Assembly (NCBI GenBank): GCA_963514005.1
Contig: OY740790.1
Location: forward strand, 49,042,001-49,106,000
Reading direction: 5' to 3'
Length of the DNA: 64,000 bases
Source: Raja brachyura
Taxonomy: Eukaryota
This document shows positions 39,830-51,543 of the stretch, one piece after another. Positions within the stretch are counted from its first letter, which is position 1, and every line of letters begins with the position of its first letter. The notes beneath the pieces are model-generated. The model searched no databases and was not told the DNA's origin. It saw only the letters and a list, made by a program, of their open reading frames with translations. The translations under genes were made by a program, and so were the position numbers.

Positions 39830-40545
39830 CAGATTGATTTTCCAATTTGCAGGAAAACTGTCTCCTCCTTCATGTTTACCCGGCACTCGCCCACTCCCTC
39901 CTCCCGTAACCCCTTCCATTCCAGACCCCTTACTGCCCTGGTCACCCAGTTCCTTTTGCCTCTTCCATGTCCCATCCATTCATCATCCACCCCTCCCAAC
40001 TCCAGGTCACTCCACCCCGACAATTCCTTCTACCCACCATTCCCCTCTCTGATTCTACATTTCATTCCCCACCTTCCTTTCTTAGCAGAGTTCAATATTT
40101 GTACCTTTTTTGTCTTCTCCACATCACCTCCAACCTTGAGTTTGAAGAAGGGTTCTGACCTGAAACATTGCCAACCCATTCACTCCACAGATGCTGCAAG
40201 ACCTGCTTAGTTCGTCCAATGTGTGTGTTTTTCTCAAGATTCCAGCATCTACCATTTCTTGTGTCTACATCTTGGTTATCGTCCCTACTCTTCTTTCCAC
40301 CCCCTTCCCCACCATATCTGACTCGTCTGCCAATCACCCCTCCACTTGGCAATTCATGCTTCACCTCTTCTTCTTGCCTCTTTCTCTCAGTTTTCTCCCA
40401 TCTACTCCACCAGTCTGAAGTGGGCCCCAACCCAAAATGTTGTCTCTTCATTTCCCCTCACAGATGCCTCCTCGTCCGTTGAGTACCTCCAGTAGTTTGT
40501 TTTTTGCTCGGGATTCCAGCATCTGTTGTCTCTTTTGTCTCCTTT
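39830..40545 (+). mobile_element. Decayed Penelope 3' region with two tandem pLTR-like units (about 40140-40270 and 40411-40545)
   Basis: Each unit is a pyrimidine tract followed by tgaag..ggg..cc.aaa..ttg..cacagatgc..tccagcatct. Confidence 0.65.
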
Positions 40546-42919
40546 ATTAGTTCACTCTTGGCTTTATCATGGAGCTGGCAATTTCATTTTTATTGTAATT
40601 GGGTCAAAGATAAGCTCACAAGTATCTACTCAATTGTGGTAGAAGCATTTTGCCTGTACAAGAACTATATTCTGATTATGTTTAAAATTTCAAGAGCAAG
40701 AGTTGATGCTATTTGGCAATGCTGCTTGAAACTAATTCGCATTCACCATATTCTTAACGTTAAGTTTGTGCTTGGATTATTAGATGATTAAATGCCGTTG
40801 TTCATCGGCATCATTATAGTTGTATAGTATGTGATCTGTGATTTGAAAGATCCATTTTTAGAATTATTTCATTCTGAATGGAGAGGGTTGGTTAACAAGC
40901 AAATTAGATCTTCAAGAATTATTTCTCAATGAGCACCAAAGAGAAAGCTGAAATGACAGGCCAGAGCTTATCTGTCGTCAGAATCCAAAGGTCTGGTGAC
41001 ACATTTCAAGTACAAAAAAGCTTTGCTATTGTTGACTGAACAGGATTTATACATAGATCTTTAAAATAATTAAAATTAGATACTGACCACTCCCCTTTAA
41101 TGTAAACTCAATGTGGCAGTGAGAGCTTGACCATATTTGGATTGTTTTGGTATATATCACATGTCAGTGTCTTCTGAGGCTGCTTTCGGAAATCACACCT
41201 ACAATGAGTAGATCAGCCCCCTTCCACATTTGAGGTTCACTGAACCTGCAATATATGAATTTTCTTTAAAAATTGAACAGCTGCCTTTCAATTGTTCCAT
41301 GTAAATTAACAGTCAAGAAAATCCGAAATATAGCATGAGTGCTCTTTCTGATGAGGACTTCCTTTTCGTATTGCACTAACAGAAAATGTATTTCTGTTAA
41401 ATATTTGTATCCAAATTTCTTTATTCAGAAAGAAAGATCAGTATTCAAAGTAGTGATTTTTAGAAGTATTCCAAAAGTTTTGTTTCAGTTGTCCACATAA
41501 CTATTCTGTGATCATTAGTTCGATGCTGGTCCAGAGTTACAATATCTTTCTGTTTCAGAAATGTGCTATCAGATTTCACTCTATAGAATACAGTGTAAGA
41601 ATAACATTTTTCTGGAGCCTGGTGTATTAAGAATTCAGCAGTAGTTACACCAGTGGGTCCTGCGTAATTGAGCTGGGTTTTTCTATTCAGCCGAGCCTTT
41701 CGAGAGTACATTGTCGATTAGAGCAGAGATATTTCATTTAGCATTTAGTCAGAGACAGCTGAATAATCTGCATATAGCCATAGATGGATTTCCCACCTCC
41801 CCCTCCCCTCCTTTTACTTTTGATATTACTTGTACCTAAAAATTAATGTAGCATCACTCAATTTGCAGTTAAGGAAGAACAAAGAATTACAGTGTAATAG
41901 GCAGTGTTCTGCGGTGTTAAATTTCTAATTATGTGCAGGACAGTTTTTAAAGAAAAGAATAAGGGAAGAGAAAATTCATAAATTTGTACAATGGGCACTG
42001 GGGATTGGAAGGACAATTTTGGAATGAGACTGTCAAGTGAAACAGTTTGAAGAAATAATTTAGTTTTGTAACTGCAACACATTAAATCTGCTGTCTGATT
42101 ACTATTTAAATGAACACTCTAATTGTCATGATAGATTATTTCTTTTATTAATTGAAAGGAAATTTTCAGACGGGTTGGAACAGATACCTTGACTCTTAAT
42201 ATTAGAAAAAAAGGATGCATCACTTTTGTTTGAGTGAACCTTTTGTTAAACCTGAACGGAGAAAAGTTTATGAATATGCTGAGGAATGAGCAGTAATTCC
42301 TAATTATTGGAATTTCTAATTATTGGAATAGAATTCTAAATTACCGATGTACATAGTGAAATTGAAGTTTGAACCAGAAATGAACAATGTAATGCAAACT
42401 AGATTATGACAAGCTGGAATTGAAACTGCACTTTTGTGGCCTTTAACTAAGCATAAGGCAAAAAAGGTGATTACCAGACATTTCAAACACAACTGACAAT
42501 TCTTAGTTAAATGTAACGTTAAGTGAAGTTGAGTTATTTGAAACAACCAAGATTGTATCAGGCTTTGGCTTATGAGGGTCTTTGCCATTTATTCTTGAGA
42601 GCTTTCCTTTTGACCTCCCCACAGTTTTGTGGTAAAAGGTTATCTGCCATAACTTGATCATCATGGTCCAATTCTATTTAAAATTTATTACTCTGCATTA
42701 CCAAAGTAATTATACTTTTTTGAACTTGCCCCAGGTTTCTTTTTGGATTTTAAAAAAATCTATTTTTTAAACAACAAAAGCCACATGTTACAAAAAGGTT
42801 TTCATCAATAATATCATTCTTATACAGTAAGGTATTAATAAACCGAAAATGATGATAGTCAAATAATAGGTTCAGTAACATATGTTGAGGGATTAATAAT
42901 CTGATTTTCCCTAAATAAC

Positions 42920-43130
42920 AAGAATTTTACATGTCACAGATCACAGATGAAGCTGGGATTTTAAAACTTGCCTGAAAGATGATATCTCAACAGTGTAGTT
43001 CTCATGCAGTATTGCACTCACACTTTTGTCTAGATTTTATGCTTGAACTCCTGAAGGAGAACTTGAACCATTGAGTGACAATATTTGATTCTATAAACTG
43101 CAACCCCCTACTGCCTGAGTAAAATGACCA
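42920..43130 (-). mobile_element. Old DeuSINE (SacSINE1/AmnSINE-like) remnant; similar remnants near 30160-30400 and 31880-32080
   Basis: ttttacat...ctgaaagatgatatctcaacagtgtag...cagtattgcact...ctagatt...acttgaacc resembles the Deu domain as recalled. Confidence 0.45.
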
Positions 43131-44668
43131 TGAGCCAGTTCAATAATCCCCGAAATTGGAAAAAAAAAATGCTCTTCAGCTTTCCCTAGAGGCAAACACC
43201 AGGAGACCCAAACCCATTAATTATTTTCTGAAATAATTAGTTTTATCTTGTAATCACTGCTTCATCTTGTGGAAATTTGTCTAAAATGTATTTGAAGAAC
43301 TGTGACATCAAGTACTTTAATAGCCTTTCATAGAATGATCAGTCTCTGAAGAAATGTAAAGCTTTGTGAAGGTTTATTTTTAGTGAATTGTGTGGAGTTT
43401 TAGTGAACATGAACCGTCTGTAATTAAACTTCTTTCAGTCATTTCTCTTAGTTATTTGATTTGCTTTTTATCAGTGTATGTTTAAAGCTCCTCACCAATA
43501 TCGCCCTCGCAAGTATGAACTAGGTCATGTAAAGATCAGCTAATTTAACATCTGTACAGGACTTTGTTGCTGAGAATAACCGTCTGAAACCGCCATTGGC
43601 AGACATTGATGTTCATGGGAATACATGGGAGTAGAACTCTGGCAGGAAGTATTTTCTAAGGATCTATATGCTGTATCTAATATACATACCTTGAGTAAAC
43701 GAACAGAAAAAATTACAAGTTGTATATTTTGTACATCTGATGAAAATCTGATCTAAATTAAATACTGCAATATTGTAATCAGTATTTTATACTATTTAAT
43801 TCGTCTCTGCACCTTTCTGAGCAGAAAATGTTGTGAGGAAAGGGAGTTTCTACATAAATTGAATCTTCCCACAGTGTATGCATACTATTTAACAATATTT
43901 CCTCTAAGCACGGGGCTAATACCATAACCTCCTAATAAACTGGGCAACAATATATTGCTAACTGTATGATCTAATTGAGTTTCCTTGTTTAAACTGTTCA
44001 GTGACTTTAATTTAGCAGTCAGAAGATTGTGTTATTATTGATATGTTGACAATTTGCTGTCGTTGCTCTGATGCTTATTTGCAAGCGCAGATTTATTTTT
44101 TGAAATACAGTAATGACTAAATAACTATTCTAATATAAGTGCATTAAGCTCGCATGAATTACAAGATACATCATCAATGATATGTTGTTTTTAAATGGGA
44201 TTGTTTTAGAAGGAAAATGTAATCCAGAATATTGGAGTATCCTAAAAAAAAAGGTTTGAATGGGTGAGCAAAATTTAGGTTGCCATATTGGGTGCCTTGC
44301 TGTAGCGTAGACTATCACATAGTAGCTTCATCCTTGGAACCAACTTTAACATTGCAGAAACCCTCATAGCAATGCTGTGCGTGGTACATAGTCATTATTT
44401 TATTGGAGGCATTTTGTCTATGAGCAGTACACTTACTTGTGAGAATATAGTGTACTGAACACTTTTGGTGAGATATACTTTGACTAGACTCTTGAGTAGT
44501 GGTCTGCTGAAATGTATTCATTCCCTTCTAAATATGTTTGTAAGCATTTTGTTTAAAATCCAGCTGCTGTAAAGATATAATGCATTTTAAAATTATATCT
44601 GGGTTATTGGAAGTATTTTACCAGAAAGAATATTGATAGTAAATTTGTATTTCTTTCTTGTCTTTCAG

Positions 44669-44793
44669 CACGGATAGGGAAAAACAAGAGGAAGAAGGCC
44701 TCAGACGATGGCCAGGTATGTCCACTATGCAATGAGACGCTCTCTGGATCTGTGGAGGAGATGAGTAGACATGTGGAAGCCTGCCTGGACCAG
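44669..44793 (+). CDS. RNF220: RNF220 coding exon with two donors (short 44669-44715, long 44669-44793): (A)RIGKNKRKKASDDGQ[VCPLCNETLSGSVEEMSRHVEACLDQ]
   Basis: Acceptor tctttcag|CA completes the phase-1 Ala codon. Donors CAG|gtatgt (44716) and CAG|gtagtt (44794) are both phase 0. Basic NLS-like KNKRKK matches RNF220 ARIGKMKRRK. Confidence 0.93.
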
Positions 44794-45907
44794 GTAGTTG
44801 ATGGGCATGTTGGGGCATCAATAAGCTTTTTTTTCCGCTCATACTGCATCAGAAGGCTGGTAAAACATTTGTGGAATGCCTTTCTATTAGGATATGAATT
44901 TATTTCTGTTTTTCCAGATCCTTGGCAATATTCCCACACCTACAGCCCTCATACCAGTAGTATTATCCATTATGTTCTACCAGTATTCTTGCATCTATCA
45001 AACATCTCTTCAGTGACACCAAATCTCTATGGTCCTTCATAACCCAAGGCCAACCCAGCCTTTCCTGCTGTGCCTATTTCATTCCCTTCACTTGCCTCTT
45101 AATCACCTCCTGTCTGCACAGGTTATTTGTTTATTTCACCATCAGAGCACAAATGAACTTTCACCAGTTCTTGCTAAATTATGAAAAATGCCATATTGTT
45201 AAAATTCCAAACCTTACCACCCCTCCAAAAACAAATATCTGCCCAACATCTATCCTCCAAAACATCCAGCCTGTCAGCTGCTTGTTAAATAGAGCCTGCT
45301 TCCTTGCCTGCAATGATACATTAAATGCTCTCAGACATCATGACCGCAGATCTTCCTCTTCTCTTCACCTGGAATAATTTATTTGTATCGTCAAAAGCAT
45401 AATAACATATGTAACCGTTCTCATTTCCACATTCATACTTTTCTGCTTGCAGATTCTAAAGAATCTTCATTTCCCCAGACTCTGTACTGCCTTACTCCCT
45501 CACTTCTCTCCCATCCCACTGTTAGAACAGGGGATTGGCTGCTTGTTGCCACAAAACCATTTGATATCATCCTATCTGCCACCTGTTCCATTTTCAATCT
45601 GGCACAACACAGAATGATTTTTTAAATTTCCTCTTGTATATCCTGAGCTTCAAAATAAGTTAAGACTTAAAATCAAACGCAAAACTAAATAGATGTAAGA
45701 ATGAACTCCTTTAATATGTAGTTTCTGCACATAATTGAGACTGAAAAGACCGCTTGCGTTTTCATAATAACCAACAATTTCATACATCGGATCACCGTAA
45801 AATGGTGGCATGATGCAGAGCACATCACATGCCGCAGTATGTCTTTGTTTTAACTATGAGGCAATGATATATCAATATTACTGGTAATAAAAATTGTTTC
45901 CAAATTT

Positions 45908-46052
45908 CAATAGACAATAGGTGCAGGAGTAGGCTATTCGGCCCTTCATAATGTGATCATCCCCAATCAGTACCCCGTTCCTGCCTTCTCCCCATATCCC
46001 CTGACTGCTATTTTTAAGAGCCCTATCTAGCTCTCTCTTGAAAACATCCAGA
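45908..46052 (-). mobile_element. CR1 3' tip
   Basis: caatagacaataggtgcaggagtaggctattcggccc, as in the 4135 copy. Confidence 0.8.
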
Positions 46053-47328
46053 GACGCTTTCCAAACAAATGTGCATCATCCTGCAAATATTTAATGGGGC
46101 CCATTGTATTTTTTTTGTTAAAAATGCCAAAGTAGCAGCAATTTATATCAATCTTTTTAGTGTTAATTGTTATTCCTAGCAGAGTAGAGTTCCTTTAGTG
46201 TAGGTAACTCTTAACTTTTTATTTACTTCTTATTTAATCACTTGTTATTTAATCAACTTTAGTTGGACTTCAAGAAACACTTACCTCGGCTGTTTTAGTG
46301 TGCTACAGTGTTTCAGTATGTAAAGGAGTGTTCATTATATTTTAACTCCTTGCCTGCCATCAAACAAATCCATGTAAAGCTGACGATGGGACAGTTAGAA
46401 AAAGAAATATGTAACTTTTCCAAATGGTGTTAATGGAAATTCACATAAACACTATTGAATCCACAGATGGACAAAAATCATCGTAATGATTTAAAGTGGG
46501 TCACAGCAGAGGAAATTAATTTTGAGCAGACGGATAAGCTAAGGTTATGAAGCCTGATCTTAACACCTTACTCTCTTGGTTAGATCTGCTGTGTGAGTAG
46601 TAGGTTGAATTTGGAGTCCTTTAGCAGCAGGCACAGTTGGCAGTCCCTTCAATGAGTTGAGAGGTGTGATCTGGTTGAGGCTTTTATGAGTGCAGAGTTT
46701 ATGAGGAGGGATAGGAATATGAAAACACGACTTAAAAATATAATAGTATGCGTGGGAGACTTCTTATGGCTGCTCTACCATTCAGTAAAATCTTGCCTGA
46801 TTATTTTCACCTCAGCGTCACTTTCCTGCACTAAATCCATTTCCTATTATTTTGTTATTTTCCGACAAATATTGCGTTATTCTCCGTCTTGAATATACTC
46901 TGTGACTGAGCCTCTTTGGCACTCTTGGATAGAAAATTCCAAAGGTTCACTAACCACGGGGTGAAGTGATACCTCTCACTCATGATTCCTATTCTTTGAG
47001 GTTCATCCCTTGTACTACTACAGAGGACCACAGGGGTTCCAGGGGAAGGAAGGGCTACGTTTCTAACAAGGATTGCGCTTTTTCTGCAATCCAACGGCAT
47101 GTCATCTTCATGTGCACAAGAGAAGCGAGTTGAAAAAAATTGTGTTTCTTTACTTTTTTCACAAATTCTATGAGAACAAATTTTATTCTGGATTTCAATA
47201 CTTGGATAGTGAACTGTGGATTTTGTTAGGGTGGATTTACGTTCGCCAATCAGCTGTAAGACAGGGGTCACTTGTTCTGGAGCCATGGAAACATTATTCC
47301 TGTTTTTACGCTGCTAGGCCCTAAGATA

Positions 47329-48555
47329 CAGTGCATTCAGAAAGTATTCAGGCCCCTTCACTTTTTCCACATTTTGTTATGTTGCAGCCTTATTGTAAAA
47401 TGGATTAAATTCATTTTTTTATCATCAATCTACACACAATACCCCATAAGAAAAAAACAAAAACAGGTGTTTAGAAATTTTTGCAAAGTAATTAAAAATA
47501 AATAATATATCACATTTACATAAGTATTCAGACCGTTTACTCGGTACTTTGATGAGGCACCTTTGGCAGCCTCAAGTCTTCTTGGGTATGACGCTACAAG
47601 CTTGGCACGCCTGTATTTGGATAATTTCTCCCATTCTTCTCTGCAGATCCTCTCAAGCTATCAGGTTGGATGGGGAACGTCAATGCACAGCTATTTTCAG
47701 GTCCCTCAGAGATGTTCGATCGGGTTCAAGTCCGGGCTCTGGCTGGGCCACTCAAGGACAAACTCCAAGCGGGCTGTCATGTGCCTTTTACTGAGGAGTG
47801 GCTTCCGTCTGGCCACTCTACCATGAATACCTGATTGGTGGTTTGCTGCAGATATAGTTGTCCTTCTGGAAGATTCTCCCATCCCCACAGAGGAACTCTG
47901 GAGCTCTGTCAGAGTGACCATCGGGTTCCTGGTCACCTCCCTGACCAAGGCCCTTCTCCCCTGATTGTTCAGTTTGGCCGGGTGGCCAACTCTATGAAGA
48001 GTCCTGGTGGTTCCAAAGTTCTTCCATTGAAGAATGACAGAGGCCACTGTGCTTTTCGGGACCTGCATTGCTGCAGAAATTGTTTGATACCCTTTTCCAG
48101 ATCTGTGTCTCGACACAATCCTGTCTCGGAAGTCTACGGCCAATCCCTTCGTCTTCATTGCTTGGATTTTGCTCTGACGTGCACTGTCAACTGTGAGACC
48201 TTATATAGACAGGTGTGTGCCTTTCCAAATCATGTCCAATCAATTTAATTTACCACTGGTGGACTCCAATCAAGTTGTAGAAACACCTCAAGGATAATCA
48301 ATCGAAACAGGATGAACCTAAGATAAACTTAGCAAAGAGTCTGAATACTTATGTAAATATGTTATTTCAGTTATTTATTTTTAATTACTGCAAAAATTTC
48401 TAAACACCTGTTTTCGCTTCTTCATTCTGGGGTATTGTGTGTAGATTGATCATTTAAAAAAAAAATAATAATAATTTAATCCATTTAAAAATAAGCCCGT
48501 AACGTAACAAAATGTGGAAAAAGTGAAGGGGTCTGAATAATTTCTGAATGCACTG
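47329..48555 (-). mobile_element. Internally deleted Tc1 transposon (second family, 1227 bp), inserted in a decayed antisense CR1
   Basis: TA|CAGTGCATTCAGAAAG...TTTCTGAATGCACTG|TA with long TIRs. ORF 47706-48158(-) is the paired-like DNA-binding region fused in frame to [12 protein letters not shown]. Confidence 0.95.
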
Positions 48556-51404
48556 TAGTTTTTTTGTTGCTCTCGGATAATCTCCCAAACTCAGGATAAT
48601 TTGATGTAACCTCTCCTAAAACAAAGCAGACATGCAATATTCCGGATCGATGCTGTCACCTTGGCACTCATAATTTCAGTAAGATATCTACTCTTGGAAT
48701 AAACGCAAGGTTCCATTTGCCTTTCTAATTGCTTACTATACATGTACATTAACTTTCAGTGATTTGTGTAGAATACTAGGTCACTCTGAATGCCAACATC
48801 TTTCACTCCCTCACCATTTTAAATATACTTCTCTTTTCCATTCTATTCAACCATTTGAGTATGAATAAGCTATTTACTGCTCCAGGCCTATCAAGCCTTT
48901 TCCGCCAGTTAGTGAGATCATTGGTGCTCTTTGACCCAACACTATATATTTACCTCATAACTCTCAACACCTATGGGTGACAAAAATCTGTTTTTTTAAA
49001 ACCTATGGTTGACCCATTGTCAATAGTTTTTGCAGAAGAACGATAAATCACTTTCCTATCCCTATCACATAGAAGAATTTACTAATTTTATCCTTGAGGT
49101 TCAGCCTCTAGTCTTCGCTTTCTCCAGTCAGCATAATTTGTTTCGCTCCCTCTACATTAGCATACAATCTAAGGAAATATTTTCATCATTTTTAATTTAT
49201 TTAACAAGATATGTTGCTAGTTAACAAGTTCAACGTCGGTTGCCTATCCGAAATAGGATTGAGCTGCCATTCTTGAGCTGCCGAAGTCCTGCAGATGAAG
49301 CTATTCCATCATTTGTGAAGAGCTTTTCGACTTAAACCACTGAGGAACAGACAACAATTTATTTCCAAGTCAGGATGTTGATCTGACTTGGAGGGAACAT
49401 GCACTTGGTGGTATTCCCATGAGTCCTCTGGCCTTATCCTTTTTGGATGTGGTGGTTGTAAACTGATCTGCAATTTGCAGATATTATGCACTGAAAACCC
49501 AGTGTATTTGTTGTGGATATTTTGGGTGGGGGTTAAGTTGCTTGCCAAATTGGCTACTTTTTCTTGAATGGTGTATATCGTTATGGTCAGGAGTACACTA
49601 TCTGAGAGGATATACTGGTAACTTTCAGTAATGGAGTAGACGAGTTCCATCAGATATTTGACTTGTTCCTGGTAGATAGTGTAAAAGCTTTGGGCTACCA
49701 GGCAGTGAGAAGAGAGTATTGGGGATGTGGACTTAATTATGTAGCAATTTTACAGAACCAGGCTGGCCTTGTGGGCAAAATGAGTTCTTTTGAACCTGCA
49801 ATTGTCTTTGATCCTACTCGGGCCAAAAATTACCATACTTTTGAAATTATTGCTATTATTTATAATATTATTTGCTATATGTTAGAATTTTTTCATTATG
49901 ATAAGTATATATTTGTTCCTTTCCTTGTCACATGACCCTTACCCCGATACATTTTTATCCACTATCTCTCAGTTATCAAGTGCTAATTTTTTTTTCAAAG
50001 TTAACAATTGAAGCAAAATAATTATGGGAAATGCAAATAGGTATTTGGATGCTCAATCTTTTATGTATAAAGTTCACTGGTTTTATTTAGGAGCTCTGTA
50101 GAGTTTACTTAGTATGAAAACGGGTCCTATTAATAAGATAACATATCAAGATGTCGAGGAAAAAATATAGATATCATAAAAAAGTCGTTTTAAGTTAATT
50201 TCTATAATATCTAAAATCTAGAAAGTAACAAAATGTCTTCCAAATTACAGAGCAGTTGAATCAATCTGCATATTTCAGGTGCAGTGGTTGATTTCCTTTG
50301 AATTAATTTACAATAAATTTCATAACTTTTAATTTGAATTTGTTTTAGGAATTATCTCATTTATCCAAAGTATGCAACTTTGCATTAATATTCTCTCAAT
50401 TGTTCCAATAAAACACAGAGAAGCTGAAGGAAAATACAGCCAGTCCATGCAATTACCCTCTAGGGTGCACATATTTCTAATATCAATTATTACTGGATTG
50501 GGGAGGAAACCACAGAAAAAGGCGTGTGAAAAATAATAGTGGCAGTTTTTTTTAATGTGGGCATCATGTGGCTGTAATTTACATAAAAAATAAATATTAT
50601 TTATTGAGCAGTGAATGTAAGAAGTGATAAATAGAATTTCTATCTGAGATAACACTATTTGAGGAATTGATAGTATTACGCAAGTGGATAAATTACATCT
50701 TGAACTGAAATCAGTTTTCTGCAAAGAACAGCAAGCGAGTAAATTGAAGACAACTCGATGAACTGGAATCTGCAGACCCAACCTTGAATATAAAGAGGCT
50801 TTATATTCTTTAGTGGCTACATGGACCAAACTTTCTGCAGTGTTCCTTCTGCAGCCCTTCCGTAAGACAGCAGATCGCACAGTACGGGAACATAGGCCCT
50901 GCCTTTAGACAGCATATAGATAGATTCAATGGTTTCTGACAACTTGTGCCATCAACAGGCCTTTTCCCTGATGATCAAAGAACATTAAAGAACTTAAAAC
51001 ATTCAGGAAGAAATAAGTAAATAGACAATATTAAAATATTGGTAAATTTATTTAAAAACACATTAAACAGCAGTTATATATACATTGAAGTAAACCTACA
51101 TACATGCACCTCCTGGAAAAATCAGCGTGAAGCTGAGGGGTCAGATATGCGGTATATCCAACCCTTAATTCCAGCAATTTATAGATTGTGTAGGTCAGCA
51201 GGGAGGTCAGAAGAGGATGTAACGGACATCCTGCACATTCCCAATTTCCATGTTGTATCGAGCATGGATGTCCAGAGCGCGTTGCCACATGCATTGCAGG
51301 TAGCCACTGGTTCCTTATGGATCCGCTGACGAGCAACTGCATATTCCAGCCCAGTTGAATTGTTTAAAGCATTAATTATTCAAATGGTTTATTTTAATCC
51401 ACAG

Positions 51405-51543
51405 AGAGATGGCTCTTACACAAATGATGATGAGTCTGTGGACATAGAAAATGAAAGTGCAAGCGGGAACAGATTTGAAGAATATGAATGGTGTGGACAG
51501 AAGAGAATACGCGCTACAACCTTATTAGAAGGTGGCTTTCGTG
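51405..51543 (+). CDS. RNF220: RNF220 coding exon (139 nt, phase 0-1): RDGSYTNDDESVDIENESASGNRFEEYEWCGQKRIRATTLLEGGFR(G)
   Basis: Acceptor ccacag|AGA, donor G|gtatgc. Contains the diagnostic RNF220 motif RFEEYEWCGQKRIRATTLLEGGF. Confidence 0.97.

Noticed and set aside
40140-40445. Tandem pLTR pair as an active dimeric hammerhead or retrozyme
   Set aside because: Both cores are mutated (TTGAAGA in the first; CTGAAGT and AAAA in the second), so catalysis is unlikely.
50329-50880. 183-aa minus-strand ORF
   Set aside because: No ATG start and no recognisable motif; chance ORF in an intron.
51192-51209. AGGTCA-n6-AGGTCA direct repeat upstream of the exon
   Set aside because: Spacing of 6 is not a classic DR1/2/5 retinoid element, and there is no other support.
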